From NCBI GenBank assembly GCA_021825585.1, contig JAKAGT010000022.1, forward strand, positions 2,807-66,806: a stretch of 64,000 bases of DNA. Direction: 5' to 3'. Both the position numbers and the translations under genes were made by a program. The stretch's first letter is position 1, and each line of letters opens with the position of its first letter. This stretch comes from Bacteroidota bacterium (GTDB lineage: Bacteria; Bacteroidota; Ignavibacteria; Kryptoniales; JAKASW01). The notes under the pieces are model-generated. The model saw only the letters and a program-made list of their open reading frames with translations, ran no database searches and had not been told where the DNA came from. Shown one piece after another: positions 9,288 through 19,895 of the stretch.

Positions 9288-10520
9288 CTACTCGTATCTC
9301 AGGGACTCGATCGGGTCAACGCTGGCCGCCTTGTAGGCAGGGTAGACGCCGAATATCACTCCGACTAGCGAGCAGACAATGAGGCCGATTGTGGCCCAAT
9401 CGACCGGGAATACCGCCTGAAGATGAAGTATTACCGCCGCAAGGTTGCCGCCGATCAAACCGAGCAGGATGCCGGCGATTCCCCCGACTTCACAGAGCAA
9501 TACCGCCTCGAGCAGGAACTGGATCAGGATATTCCGCTTTGTGGCACCGACTGATTTTCTGATGCCGATCTCTCTCGTCCTTTCGGTCACGCCAACAAGC
9601 ATAATGTTCATTATGCCGACTCCGGCGGCAAGCAAGGCAATCGCGCTCACCGCGATGGCGCCGATTCTTACATAGAAGGTAACTTCGTTGAACTGGCCGA
9701 CTAACGACGCATTTGAAATGATGTCGAAATCGTTATCCTTTCCCGGTGGAACTTTTCTTATGGCCCGGAGGATACCTATCGTTTGTTCCTGTGCTTGCGC
9801 CAGGGCATCCTGGCTTACGGCTTGCACGTAAATGTTCATGCTCCTTTCCTTGCCGTACCTGGCGAAGAAAGTCGTGATTGGGACTTCCAGGTAATATTGC
9901 TGACCGATCGTGATACCCTGATCCTCGATGACTCCAACTACGATATATCCTATTCCGCCGACCGTGACAACTGCTCCCAATGGATCGGAATGAACAAACA
10001 GGGCCTTCGCCAGGTTGGGATCGAGGACGCACACGCGGCTTCCCGTTTCAATATCGCTTTCGCTTATTCCTCTTCCCTCAGTCATCTTCTCGTTGCGGGC
10101 AGCGGAAATATCCGGCGTCACTCCAAGCAAGCTCACGTTAGGATTTGTTTTCTCGTCGCGATACTGCACTATCTTTCCTCCAGTCCCGGTCAACACTCCG
10201 ACGCTCTTCGCCAATGTTGCTCTCTCCTTAAGAGCGATTGCCTGCTCAAAGGTTATGTCCTTTCGATTCCTGTACTTGTCCCAGTCGGTGAAGAAGGCGG
10301 GGAATTTCCGTACCATGAACACATTCGATCCCATCGAGGTCAGTTTCGATTCGACAAAGCTCTGGAGTACTCTCATTGCAGTGTTGACGGCAATGATGGA
10401 AAAGACCCCGACGACGATTCCCAAAAGGGTCAAACTGGAACGCAGCTTGTTAGACCGAATCGCAAAAAGAGCCATTGAAAGGCTTTCACTCCATTCGGAA
10501 ACGATAAAACTCTTATTCAT
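9288..10520 (-). CDS. MacB-type ABC transporter permease, B-type, pair 2
   Basis: 410 aa. Begins MNKSFIVSEWSES and ends AASVDPIESLRYE. Same FtsX block as B1/B3. It lacks the HAGGPGWW segment of B1/B3 (FPAFFTDWDKYRNRKD). Confidence 0.85.
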   Translation of the reverse strand: MNKSFIVSEWSESLSMALFAIRSNKLRSSLTLLGIVVGVFSIIAVNTAMRVLQSFVESKLTSMGSNVFMVRKFPAFFTDWDKYRNRKDITFEQAIALKERATLAKSVGVLTGTGGKIVQYRDEKTNPNVSLLGVTPDISAARNEKMTEGRGISESDIETGSRVCVLDPNLAKALFVHSDPLGAVVTVGGIGYIVVGVIEDQGITIGQQYYLEVPITTFFARYGKERSMNIYVQAVSQDALAQAQEQTIGILRAIRKVPPGKDNDFDIISNASLVGQFNEVTFYVRIGAIAVSAIALLAAGVGIMNIMLVGVTERTREIGIRKSVGATKRNILIQFLLEAVLLCEVGGIAGILLGLIGGNLAAVILHLQAVFPVDWATIGLIVCSLVGVIFGVYPAYKAASVDPIESLRYE

Positions 10521-10628
10521 GCATCAACATCCCCCATCGCCGGCAAGGACAAACTGCTGAAGATGCAAAATGCGGGAAGAAGGCAAGCATCGGTGGAAAC
10601 GTCCCTGCCATCTAAATCTCTCATGTTT

Positions 10629-11855
10629 CTACTCATAGCGCAGAGCCTCTACCGGATCAAGTTTAGATGCCCTTAATGCGGGAACAATCCCAGATACAAC
10701 GCCAACGACAAGCGAGATGATTATTCCCGTTACGGCAATCGAGATGGGCATCGCCGTGGGCAGAAAATTATCCAGAAGCTCGCTCAATGGATAAGAAAAC
10801 GCGAGCCCAAGTATTCCCCCTCCGAGACAGATGAGCGTTGCCTCGGTCAGGAACTGCATCAGAATGGTCCGCCTTCTCGCGCCGAGCGCTTTCCTTATTC
10901 CTATCTCCTTCGTACGCTCCGTCACGCTCACGAACATGATATTCATTATTCCGATGCCGCCTACAAAGAGCGATAGCGCAGTGACAAATAATCCAATAGC
11001 ACCGACATACAAGATCATCTGGTCGAAGGCATTTGTAAATGCGGTCTGTTGATTGATCGAAAAATCATCCTCCTCACCGGGCGAAAGGCCCCTGATTTTT
11101 CGCATTAATCCGCGCACCTCTTCCTTTGCATTATCCAGATCAACATCCTCAGCCGCGCGCACGCTGATCGTTGCGGAGAAGCGGCTCCCAAATATCTTCT
11201 CGAACTGACCAATAGGCACGTACACAACATTGTCCAGGCTGAACAATCCCAGAACACTTCCCTGAGTACTTCTGATGCCGATCACACGAAACGGGAGCCC
11301 GTTTATCCTGATCATCTTCCCGAGCGGATCCTGATTTGGAAAAAGAAGGTTCGCTACATCCCGCCCGATCACAGCGATCGGCCTGCTGCCGCGGGATTCT
11401 TCTTCGCCGAAAAATCTTCCTCCATCAAAACTCATGCTTGTCACATAAGCGTAATCAGAAGTCGTCCCATCGATATCGACATTGTTTGCCACTTTGTTTC
11501 CGTACCTGACCTTTGCATTTCTGTCGGCTTCCGGCGCGACTGCAGCAACAAGCGTCGCCTCTTCTCTGATTCTGTCGGCGTATTCGGCCTTCAGTGGTTT
11601 ACGATTGCGGTATTTCCACCACTCGCCGCCGCCAAATCCCCACTGCCATTTGTCGACGTATAGTACGTCGGCGCCCATGAATGCAAAACTCTTGTTGAAT
11701 TCCCTCGTCAGTCCTTCAATTGCGGCCCCCATAAGTGTGACCGAAACGATGCCGATTATGATCCCCAACATGGTAAGAACCGCGCGGCCCTTGTTTGCCA
11801 TCAGCGCGGCGAAAGAAAGCACAAGCCCTTCTTTGAACTCAGTCCCAAAAGTCAT
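10629..11855 (-). CDS. MacB-type ABC transporter permease, A-type, pair 2
   Basis: 408 aa. Begins MTFGTEFKEG and ends [13 protein letters not shown]. Identical [31 protein letters not shown] block. A 108-nt spacer separates it from B2, whereas the other two pairs overlap by 8 nt. Confidence 0.85.
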   Translation of the reverse strand: MTFGTEFKEGLVLSFAALMANKGRAVLTMLGIIIGIVSVTLMGAAIEGLTREFNKSFAFMGADVLYVDKWQWGFGGGEWWKYRNRKPLKAEYADRIREEATLVAAVAPEADRNAKVRYGNKVANNVDIDGTTSDYAYVTSMSFDGGRFFGEEESRGSRPIAVIGRDVANLLFPNQDPLGKMIRINGLPFRVIGIRSTQGSVLGLFSLDNVVYVPIGQFEKIFGSRFSATISVRAAEDVDLDNAKEEVRGLMRKIRGLSPGEEDDFSINQQTAFTNAFDQMILYVGAIGLFVTALSLFVGGIGIMNIMFVSVTERTKEIGIRKALGARRRTILMQFLTEATLICLGGGILGLAFSYPLSELLDNFLPTAMPISIAVTGIIISLVVGVVSGIVPALRASKLDPVEALRYE

Positions 11856-12342
11856 GCTTCACCATCCCGTATTAGTCTGCCACAAAATTTGGCCGTCTGT
11901 CCGCTTCCCACATTTTATTCCCCTCGCACTGCGTATTTCAGGCGGAATCGGAACGTTGCGGGAGACCGATCTCGCATTGTGGAATGCGCGGGTGCCGTCA
12001 TGATTCAACGGGCGGAAATCCAGAACCCTCGTCGATTTTCGCGAGAGTAAACTGTCCTCTGCAGGACAAGTGTCTGATAATTTCATCTGCATGGCCGCAT
12101 CATTCATGAATAATGATCAAGAACTTCATCATAGTCACTTCCCGGCAATGTTTCCGGAAAAAATAACCTAAAGTCCCGGCCCTACTCCAGCTCTATCTAT
12201 GGAAGCCTTGCCGGTCCCTCGGATGATAACCGGCAAGGTACGAAATCATCCATGGATCAATCTCCGGACCCGGTACTCCGGCTTTTGAGATTCTCAATCC
12301 CTTTTCAAAGACTTGATTCCATGGTTCGGGGTCTCATCATTT

Positions 12343-13590
12343 CTATTCATATCTCAACGATTCGATCGGATCGACGCTGGCCGCCTTATATGCGGGGTAA
12401 ACGCCGAACGTGACGCCGACTATTGAGCAGACTACCAGCCCAATCACCGCCCAATCCATCGGGAAGGCCGCATGCATATGTAACGCAAGAGCTGCAAGGT
12501 TGCCGCCGATGAGGCCGAGCAAGATGCCTGCCACTCCCCCGACTTCACACAGCACTATGGCTTCGAGCAAGAATTGTGTCAGGATATTGCGCTTGGTTGC
12601 ACCGACGGATTTCCTTACCCCGATCTCACGGGTCCGTTCCGTCACTCCGACCAGCATTATGTTCATAATACCGACACCGGCGGCAAGCAGTGCAATTGCA
12701 CTCACAACTATCGCACCAATTCTTATGTAGAAGGTCATCTGGTTGAATTGATCTATCAATGATGCGTTGGTGGTCAATTCGAAGTCATCATCCTTGCCGG
12801 GGGGCACTCCCCTGATTGCCCTGAGAATTGCCTCTGTCTGTTCCTGCGCGGCTGTGAAGTCTTTCTGGTCGATTGCCTGGACGTATATATCGAGACTCCT
12901 TTCCTTGCCGTATCTGGCGAAGAAAGTGGTAATTGGAACGATCATGTACGGCGAGCCTTCACCAACAACATTCCCCAGGTCCTTTATCGTGCCGATCACA
13001 CGATAGCCTATTCCATCCAGTTTTATCTCGGCGCCCAACGGGTCCGAATGTGGAAAGAGGGCCTTGATTAGATTAGGATCGATTACACAAACCAGCCTCC
13101 CGATTTCGAGATCGCTCTGGCTGATCGCTCGTCCTTCGTCGATCTCCTTGTTCTGAGCTGCAAAAATGTCGGGAGTGACTCCGATAATGTCCACATTGGG
13201 GTTTGTCTGTTCGGCCTTATAGGTAACGATTTTGCCGCCTCTGTCTGCTTCAGCCCCGACACTGCTTGCAAGCGTTGCCCGCTCTTTCAATTTGAGAACC
13301 TGTTCGTATGTCAGATCCTTACGGTTCCTGTATTTCCGCCACCACCCCGGCCCTCCGGCATGGAACACCGGAAATTTTGTAATCATGAATACATTCGAAC
13401 CTAAAGAGTTCAATTCGCTCTCGATGTTGTTCTGCAGGACACGCATAGCGGTCGTGACGGCAATGATCGAAAATACCCCGATCACGATTCCGAGGAGCGT
13501 CAATATCGAGCGGAGTTTATTTGAACGGATAGCCGCAAGAGCCATCATGAAACTCTCGGACCATTCGGACCAAAGGAAAGTTCTATTCAT
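12343..13590 (-). CDS. MacB-type ABC transporter permease, B-type, pair 1
   Basis: The ORF track gives 12343..13656. I place the start at Met23 ([13 protein letters not shown], complement of 13590-13588). That matches the B2/B3 N-termini and reproduces the 8-nt overlap with the A-type stop seen in pair 3. Confidence 0.85.
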   Translation of the reverse strand: MNRTFLWSEWSESFMMALAAIRSNKLRSILTLLGIVIGVFSIIAVTTAMRVLQNNIESELNSLGSNVFMITKFPVFHAGGPGWWRKYRNRKDLTYEQVLKLKERATLASSVGAEADRGGKIVTYKAEQTNPNVDIIGVTPDIFAAQNKEIDEGRAISQSDLEIGRLVCVIDPNLIKALFPHSDPLGAEIKLDGIGYRVIGTIKDLGNVVGEGSPYMIVPITTFFARYGKERSLDIYVQAIDQKDFTAAQEQTEAILRAIRGVPPGKDDDFELTTNASLIDQFNQMTFYIRIGAIVVSAIALLAAGVGIMNIMLVGVTERTREIGVRKSVGATKRNILTQFLLEAIVLCEVGGVAGILLGLIGGNLAALALHMHAAFPMDWAVIGLVVCSIVGVTFGVYPAYKAASVDPIESLRYE

Positions 13591-14806
13591 ACCGGAGTGC
13601 CTCCACAGGATCCAGTTTTGACGCCCTGGATGCCGGGATAATCCCCGAGACCACACCGACTGCGAGCGACAACAGGATCCCTATAAACGCAAGCGAGATC
13701 GGCATCGCGGTAGGCAGGAACTTGTCGACGAGCATGCTTAATGGATAGGAGAATGCCAGCCCGATGAGCCCGCCGCCCAGACAAATCAATGACGATTCGA
13801 TAAGGAACTGTATGAGAATCGTGCGCCTCTTTGCTCCGAGTGCTTTCCTGATGCCGATTTCTTTTGTACGCTCGGTCACGCTCACGAACATAATATTCAT
13901 TATGCCGATCCCGCCGACAAATAGCGAAAGAGCAGTCACAAATATCCCGACTCCTCCGATGATACCCGCTATCTTGTTGAATGCATTCGTCAGAAGGTCC
14001 TGCTGGTTGATCGAGAAATCGTCCTCTTGAGAAGGAGACAATCCTCTTATCTTCCTCATGATTCCACGGAGTTCTTCCGTGGCATTGTCCATGTTCTTCG
14101 GATCGGAAACGCGCGCTTCTATCGTAGGATGAAAGTGTGTTCCGTAAATGTTCTGGAATTGCCCTATCGGAATAATCACCTGGTTATCGAGGCTGAACAT
14201 TCCGAGGAAACTCCCCTGCTTGCTCCTGACGCCGATTATTCTGAACGGCAGGCCGTTTACTTTTATCATCTTTCCGACCGGATCCTGATTTGGAAAAAGC
14301 TGGTCCGCAACGTCGGTCCCGACGACAGCAAGCGGCCTGTCTCCTCTGGATTCCACGTCCGTAAAGAATCGTCCCTCTTTGAAGTTCATATTGGAGACAT
14401 AAACCAGATCAGCGGTAGTTCCCTGGACCTGCACGTTGTTTGCCGTCCGGTTTCCATACTTGATTGTCCCGAGCCTTCCGACAACGGGAGCAACCGCTGC
14501 GAAAAGCGTGGCATCTCTCCTGATCTTGTCCGCATAACCTATCTCCAGGTCCCGGCGGTTTCGAAACTTCCACCACTCGTCGTGGCTCATCCAGGGCCAT
14601 TTCTGAACATAGAGGACGTCGGCTCCGATCGAAGATATGCTCGCGTCAAACGCCTTACCAAGCCCCGTGATTGCAGCACCCATTAATGTAACCGAGACTA
14701 TGCCGATGATTATCCCAAGCATTGTCAGCACGGCTCTGATCTTATTGGCATTCAGTGCAGCAAATGAGAGCTTGAATCCTTCTTTGAATTCAGCCCCGAA
14801 TGTCAT
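13583..14806 (-). CDS. MacB-type ABC transporter permease, A-type, pair 1
   Basis: 407 aa. Begins [10 protein letters not shown] and ends [13 protein letters not shown]. The start overlaps the ATPase stop by 4 nt. Confidence 0.85.
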   Translation of the reverse strand: MTFGAEFKEGFKLSFAALNANKIRAVLTMLGIIIGIVSVTLMGAAITGLGKAFDASISSIGADVLYVQKWPWMSHDEWWKFRNRRDLEIGYADKIRRDATLFAAVAPVVGRLGTIKYGNRTANNVQVQGTTADLVYVSNMNFKEGRFFTDVESRGDRPLAVVGTDVADQLFPNQDPVGKMIKVNGLPFRIIGVRSKQGSFLGMFSLDNQVIIPIGQFQNIYGTHFHPTIEARVSDPKNMDNATEELRGIMRKIRGLSPSQEDDFSINQQDLLTNAFNKIAGIIGGVGIFVTALSLFVGGIGIMNIMFVSVTERTKEIGIRKALGAKRRTILIQFLIESSLICLGGGLIGLAFSYPLSMLVDKFLPTAMPISLAFIGILLSLAVGVVSGIIPASRASKLDPVEALRYE

Positions 14807-15537
14807 GCCTTCACCTGCTCCGCCGGATGGCTCACCTTCACCTTCCCGTTCCTCTCGATGGGGAGATCACTCTCGACCATTCCGTCCTTGATTCTGATTA
14901 TCCTCTTGGCATGTTCCGCAATATATTCTTCATGAGTGACGAGTATGATTGTGTTTCCCTTTGCATGGAGCTCCTCGAAGAAAATCATAATCTCGTCGCC
15001 TGTTTTCGAATCCAGGTTTCCCGTCGGTTCGTCTGCGAGGATAATAGAGGGATTATTGATGAGCGCCCGGGCAATGGCAACGCGCTGGCGCTGACCGCCG
15101 GACAGCTCATTCGGCTTGTGATGGATACGCTCGCCGAGTCCGACCATTTCAAGAGTAGACCTGGCCCTCTCCTTGCGCTCCGACACAGGAACGCCGCTGT
15201 ATATCAACGGGAGTTCGACATTATGAAGCGCGTCTGAGCGGGGAATCAGGTTGAATGTCTGGAAAACGAAGCCAATTCCCTGATTACGGATCTTGGCAAG
15301 ATCATTGTCGTCCATTTCACTGACGTTGGTGCCGTCAAACAAATACAACCCGCTCGTCGGCGTGTCCAGGCATCCGAGTATGTTCATCAACGTCGTCTTG
15401 CCCGAGCCCGAAGGTCCCATGATGGCGACATATTCGCCGCGCTCAATCGATATCGAAATGTCCTTAAGCGCCTGTACCTGGACCTCGGCACCCATGTCAT
15501 ACACTTTGTTTACCTTGACTAGTTCAATGACTTTCAT
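14803..15537 (-). CDS. ABC transporter ATP-binding protein (MacB/LolD-type)
   Basis: 244 aa. Walker [11 protein letters not shown]-loop, signature [15 protein letters not shown], Walker [14 protein letters not shown]-loop LVTHE. Confidence 0.9.
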   Translation of the reverse strand: MKVIELVKVNKVYDMGAEVQVQALKDISISIERGEYVAIMGPSGSGKTTLMNILGCLDTPTSGLYLFDGTNVSEMDDNDLAKIRNQGIGFVFQTFNLIPRSDALHNVELPLIYSGVPVSERKERARSTLEMVGLGERIHHKPNELSGGQRQRVAIARALINNPSIILADEPTGNLDSKTGDEIMIFFEELHAKGNTIILVTHEEYIAEHAKRIIRIKDGMVESDLPIERNGKVKVSHPAEQVKA

Positions 15538-15539
15538 GA

Positions 15540-16832
15540 TTAGCCTCCGGCACCCTGCATTGCAACCATCTTGTTGTTTTCCACTCTGACCTTGGAACCG
15601 TCGTTGAGTTCTCTGCTTATCGCGACAAAGCTGCCGCTCACGACTTCTTCACCGGCTCCCAGTCCGGAGGTAATCTCGACAAAGTTGTCGTCGCTGATCC
15701 CGCGCTTCACCGGAACAGCCTTCGCTACTCCGTTCTTAACAACGAACACAACTTCCTGCTCTTTTTCGCGGTTGCCGGCCTGTTTCGCCTTATTGTTCGT
15801 GGCCCCGCTTGCAGTTGCTACCTTGCTTCCTTCCTGTGCCTTAAGCGACCTGATGGTGACACTCTGGATCGGCACCGAAAGGACATCGTGATGAGTCGCG
15901 GTTTGTATATCAGCCGTCACCGACATCCCTGGCTTGAGGTTATAGGCCTCAGGATCAACGATCTTGATCTTTACGAGAAAGTTGGTCACCTGATCCTGGG
16001 TACCAGCGCCGGTAGTGGTGCCTGAAGTGGCAATCTGATACACGATTCCTTTGATTTTCTTGTTTGGGAAGGCATCGACTGATAAAATGGAGGTGTCACC
16101 GACTGCGACGAGGACCACGTCATTTTCATCCACGTTTACCTGGGCTTCCATCGTGTTCATATTCGCTATGTCCATTATTTCGGTGCCGGCCATCATGCTG
16201 GTCCCCACGACCCTTTCTCCAAGCTTCGAATTAAGAACTGTGACCTGTCCATCCATGGGGGAATGGATCGTGGTCTTTCGAAGGTTGTCATCGGCTACTG
16301 CGAGTTGTGCCTGAGCCTGATCGACATTTGCCTTCGCCGATTCATAAGAGGCTTTGGTTACCTCATATTGCGTCTTTGCGCTCTCAAGATCCTGCTGGCT
16401 CATCAGCTTCTTCGCATAGAGCTCCTGTGCACGCTTATATGTAGAGGTGGAATTATCATAGTTTGCCTTCGCAAGCTGTTCGGAACCAAGTGCGGACTGC
16501 AAGCCGGCCTGACTCTGCTGTTGCTGCGCGATGTAGGTATCAGGACGTATCTTCACGATAACTTGTCCCCTGGTGACTCTCTGACCCTCTACAACGGGAA
16601 GATCGACAATCTCACCCGATACTTCCGGGCTGATTGCGACCAGATCCTTAGGTTCCACCTGACCGGAAGCCGTGACAACCTGCGTAATGGTGCGCCGCGC
16701 AACCTTGTCTGTTTGAACGACGATTACCGGCTCTTTCTTCCCACCAATCACTATGGCAGCCACCAAAATCACGAGCAGCAAGCCCGCTCCCGACAAAATA
16801 AAAATCTTTTTTTTCTTCTTACTCTTCGCCAT
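15540..16832 (-). CDS. efflux periplasmic adaptor (HlyD/MacA membrane-fusion family)
   Basis: 430 aa. N-terminal anchor helix. A long coiled-coil hairpin region ([24 protein letters not shown]...[16 protein letters not shown]) is flanked by lipoyl and beta-barrel-like segments. It sits between the TolC-like and ATPase genes. Confidence 0.85.
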   Translation of the reverse strand: MAKSKKKKKIFILSGAGLLLVILVAAIVIGGKKEPVIVVQTDKVARRTITQVVTASGQVEPKDLVAISPEVSGEIVDLPVVEGQRVTRGQVIVKIRPDTYIAQQQQSQAGLQSALGSEQLAKANYDNSTSTYKRAQELYAKKLMSQQDLESAKTQYEVTKASYESAKANVDQAQAQLAVADDNLRKTTIHSPMDGQVTVLNSKLGERVVGTSMMAGTEIMDIANMNTMEAQVNVDENDVVLVAVGDTSILSVDAFPNKKIKGIVYQIATSGTTTGAGTQDQVTNFLVKIKIVDPEAYNLKPGMSVTADIQTATHHDVLSVPIQSVTIRSLKAQEGSKVATASGATNNKAKQAGNREKEQEVVFVVKNGVAKAVPVKRGISDDNFVEITSGLGAGEEVVSGSFVAISRELNDGSKVRVENNKMVAMQGAGG

Positions 16833-16840
16833 TATTCGCC

Positions 16841-18193
16841 TCAGTAGTTTATAGTTCCGATAGCATACTCGACTTGTTGCTTAGCCTGAATGTATGTGTA
16901 AGCAGCAATTACCCGGTTCGACAAGTCCTGTGTATATAGTGCGTTCGCAGTCAGCACATCCAGCAAAGTAGCACTGCCAATTTTGTACTTTTCCTGATAA
17001 GTTTCCAGATTAATCTTCGCGTATGAGACTGCGGTTACCGCCGACTCATACTGCTTCTCGGCAGCATGGAGACTCAGCAACGCCTGGTAAACATCCAGCT
17101 GAACCTGCCGCCGGGTGTTCTCAAGGCTTTGTTTGGCCGACTTCACATTGACATCCGCAATCTGAATGTTCGTCTGGGTTTGGAAACCATTGAAGATTGG
17201 AAGCGAAAGGCTGAGTCCGCCGTAGAAGCTCTTGTTCTGATTTATCTCGGTGGTCTGAGGTCCGTTTATTCCATAGGTGCCGAATGCACTTATTGTCGGA
17301 GAATACGCCGCTTCCGCGATCGAGAGGGAAGACTTATACGCGTTTACATTTTCAACAGCCGCCTGATAATCGGGGCGCGATTGAAGAGCTTTTTCTATTA
17401 ACATGGCAGAATTACTGAAGTTTTCATTTACACGCTGAAACTGAGTTGTGTCTAACTCGCTGCTTATTCCGGCATCTGCAAAGGTCACGCTGTCTGTCAC
17501 CGGGATTCCCAGGTAGAATTTCAAATTTGCCTGTGCCTGGTCGTAAGCGTTCTTTGCCGTCACAAGTGAATACTCGTCATTGCTGACAATAGCCTGCTGC
17601 TGGTACACATCTGCCAGCGAAGCAGAACCTACGCTGTTTTGTTCCTTTATGCTTTCCAACTGCTGCTGATCTCTCTTCAGATTGTCTTCATTTATTTTCA
17701 ATTGATCGCGCGCATTGAATACTGTCAGATAGTTTATCGTTGTCTGGTTGATCACCGTTTGTTTCGAGCGTCTGTAATTGAGATCCGCCGATTGGCTCGC
17801 CGAGTTCGCCTGGTTCACCGTCGCATAATTTGCAAATCCGTTGAACAAGGTGTAATCGGCACTGACACCGCCGGAATAAGTCCGACTGGTCGAGCTGTTT
17901 GATACTGGTATTGAAGTCCCGCCTATGACTACATATCCCGCAGGGGACTGTCTCCATGCATACTGGAATTGAGCGCTGCCGCTGAGTGAGGGCAATAGGC
18001 CGCCGTACGCACTCATGACTCTCGCATCCTGGCTCTCAGACTGGAACTTGGCCTGCAGAAGGGTTGAGTTCCTCTGCATGGCTACGCCAATGCAGTCGTG
18101 CAGAGTCAGTTCTTTCGGAATACTACCCTGTTGTCCGAATCCAAACGGGGCAAGCGCAAAGAATACACCAATAGCCATAAGTTTCTTAAGCAT
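16841..18193 (-). CDS. TolC-family outer-membrane efflux protein
   Basis: 450 aa with a signal peptide. Two repeated halves with long coiled-coil segments. First gene of the efflux operon. GAGGAG lies 8 nt upstream of the ATG. Confidence 0.85.
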   Translation of the reverse strand: MLKKLMAIGVFFALAPFGFGQQGSIPKELTLHDCIGVAMQRNSTLLQAKFQSESQDARVMSAYGGLLPSLSGSAQFQYAWRQSPAGYVVIGGTSIPVSNSSTSRTYSGGVSADYTLFNGFANYATVNQANSASQSADLNYRRSKQTVINQTTINYLTVFNARDQLKINEDNLKRDQQQLESIKEQNSVGSASLADVYQQQAIVSNDEYSLVTAKNAYDQAQANLKFYLGIPVTDSVTFADAGISSELDTTQFQRVNENFSNSAMLIEKALQSRPDYQAAVENVNAYKSSLSIAEAAYSPTISAFGTYGINGPQTTEINQNKSFYGGLSLSLPIFNGFQTQTNIQIADVNVKSAKQSLENTRRQVQLDVYQALLSLHAAEKQYESAVTAVSYAKINLETYQEKYKIGSATLLDVLTANALYTQDLSNRVIAAYTYIQAKQQVEYAIGTINY

Positions 18194-18275
18194 TTAACAA
18201 CTCCTCAGAATTTGAAGAAATAAACAGCTTTTTGTTATACCTCTTTAACTTAGACGGACTAACCGCGAGACTGTT

Positions 18276-19739
18276 TCATTTTAGAGACAACAAATTTGAA
18301 CGATTCAACCTCAGATATTCCACTGCGGCATCGTGATCGTTGGGTATTAATCCGTCCAGGACTGCGGTTTCAACAGCCTTTTTTAAGACGCCAACCTCCC
18401 TGCCCGGTTTAATTCCGAACATTTCCATGATTTCATCGCCATTTATCGGCGGTTTCCAATTTCGAACCCGATCCTTCTCTTCCACTTCCTTTGCACGAAT
18501 CTCGACGAGCTCGTAATTGCGCGAATACTCGGCAATCAGCTCCTTATTCTTGCTCGTGATATCGGCGCGGCAGAGCCGCATCAGGTCTTCAAAATCCTCG
18601 CCCGCCTCAAAAAGGAGTCTTCGGACTGCGGAATCCGTCACACCTTCCACTGCAAGCGCCATCGGCCTGAGGTGAAGACGGATAAGCTTCTCCAGGTATG
18701 GTAGTCTGTCCATAGGCTGGCGCATTCGCTGAAATATCTTCTTCATCCTGCGTGCGCCGATCTCATCGTGACCATGAAAAGTCCAGCCGACCCCTTCCAC
18801 AAATTTCTTCGTTTCCGGCTTGGCAATATCGTGCACCAATCCGGCAAATCGCAACCACACGTCGTCCGAAACGCGTGCGAGATTATCCACGACACTGAGC
18901 GTATGAAGGAAGACATCCTTGTGATGATGGTCCTGCCTCTGATCGACTCCCGGCAACTCGGAAATTTCAGGGAAGACAATCTTCATCACGCCGGTGTCCT
19001 GCATCAGCTTCAGCCCGACAGATGGGCGCGCGGCAGACAGCATCTTCATAAATTCGTCCGTGATTCTCTCCTGAGAAACGATCCGCAGCCTCTCGTTCAT
19101 TTTCACGATAGCATTGCGAACACGTTGAGAGATGGAAAAATCAAATCTGCAGGCGAAACGTATCGCACGCAGGATTCTGAGAGGATCCTCGCTGAAAGTT
19201 TCTTCCGGTTCCAGCGGAGTATCGATGGTTTTCTTTGCAAGCGCCTTCTGACCTTCGAATGGGTCCACCAGCTCCCCAAAAGCATATTTGCCGGCATGCA
19301 ATCCTTTATGGTTGACGCTCACCGCCATGGCATTTATCGTGAAATCGCGGCGCGAAAGATCCTCTTCGAGCGTAGCTTCTTCAACGTGAGGCTTTCTCGA
19401 TGATGCATCGTAGCTCTCCTTCCGGGCACCCACAATTTCAAGCTTCACCGGCACGCTCTCGCCTGCATCACCGGTGTCTGGCGGTTGAATTGTCATCTGG
19501 GCAGTTCTGAATTTTTCGAAGATAACCAATCCTGTGGCACCCGTCTTTCGTACCACTTCATGCGAGAACGCGATAGGATCCCCGATCACCATTACGTCTA
19601 TGTCTTTGCTGACTGCTCCAAGAAGCAAATCCCTCACGTAGCCGCCCACAACAAACGCCTGTACTCCGAGGCTGTCGGCAAGCTCTCCAATTTCTACAAG
19701 GATCGGATCATTTATGTTCAAATTGTTCAGTTCGCTCAT
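18276..19739 (-). CDS. cca: CCA-adding tRNA nucleotidyltransferase (poly(A) polymerase head + HD domain)
   Basis: 487 aa. FVVGGYVRDLLLG...KDIDV nucleotidyltransferase motif. RDFTINA motif. HD-domain HHKDV...HDIAKP. Confidence 0.85.
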   Translation of the reverse strand: MSELNNLNINDPILVEIGELADSLGVQAFVVGGYVRDLLLGAVSKDIDVMVIGDPIAFSHEVVRKTGATGLVIFEKFRTAQMTIQPPDTGDAGESVPVKLEIVGARKESYDASSRKPHVEEATLEEDLSRRDFTINAMAVSVNHKGLHAGKYAFGELVDPFEGQKALAKKTIDTPLEPEETFSEDPLRILRAIRFACRFDFSISQRVRNAIVKMNERLRIVSQERITDEFMKMLSAARPSVGLKLMQDTGVMKIVFPEISELPGVDQRQDHHHKDVFLHTLSVVDNLARVSDDVWLRFAGLVHDIAKPETKKFVEGVGWTFHGHDEIGARRMKKIFQRMRQPMDRLPYLEKLIRLHLRPMALAVEGVTDSAVRRLLFEAGEDFEDLMRLCRADITSKNKELIAEYSRNYELVEIRAKEVEEKDRVRNWKPPINGDEIMEMFGIKPGREVGVLKKAVETAVLDGLIPNDHDAAVEYLRLNRSNLLSLK

Positions 19740-19895
19740 TTACTCAACAGAATCGGTTATGAATATGTCCGGCATAAGAATAATGTCTTCAACGAGGCTG
19801 ACATCATCGTCTGTCCCATAATGATTTTACACGGGCCCGGCAGTGGCGCGCTCGACCACAGAGACTCCCATTCATATGACCAGGTAACCTGACTT

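Noticed and set aside
11859-12107. 82-aa minus-strand ORF ending 3 nt before the A2 permease ATG
   Set aside because: It has no TM segment, motif or protein-like composition. It sits in a spacer where a random ORF of this length is plausible. I did not annotate it as a gene, and I mention it as something to test under the 11856-12342 finding.
13591-13656. N-terminal extensions of track ORFs (12343..13656; also 20879..22318 and 56080..56784)
   Set aside because: The extensions overlap upstream genes or look non-protein-like. Internal Met codons reproduce paralog N-termini and the typical 4-8 nt gene overlaps.
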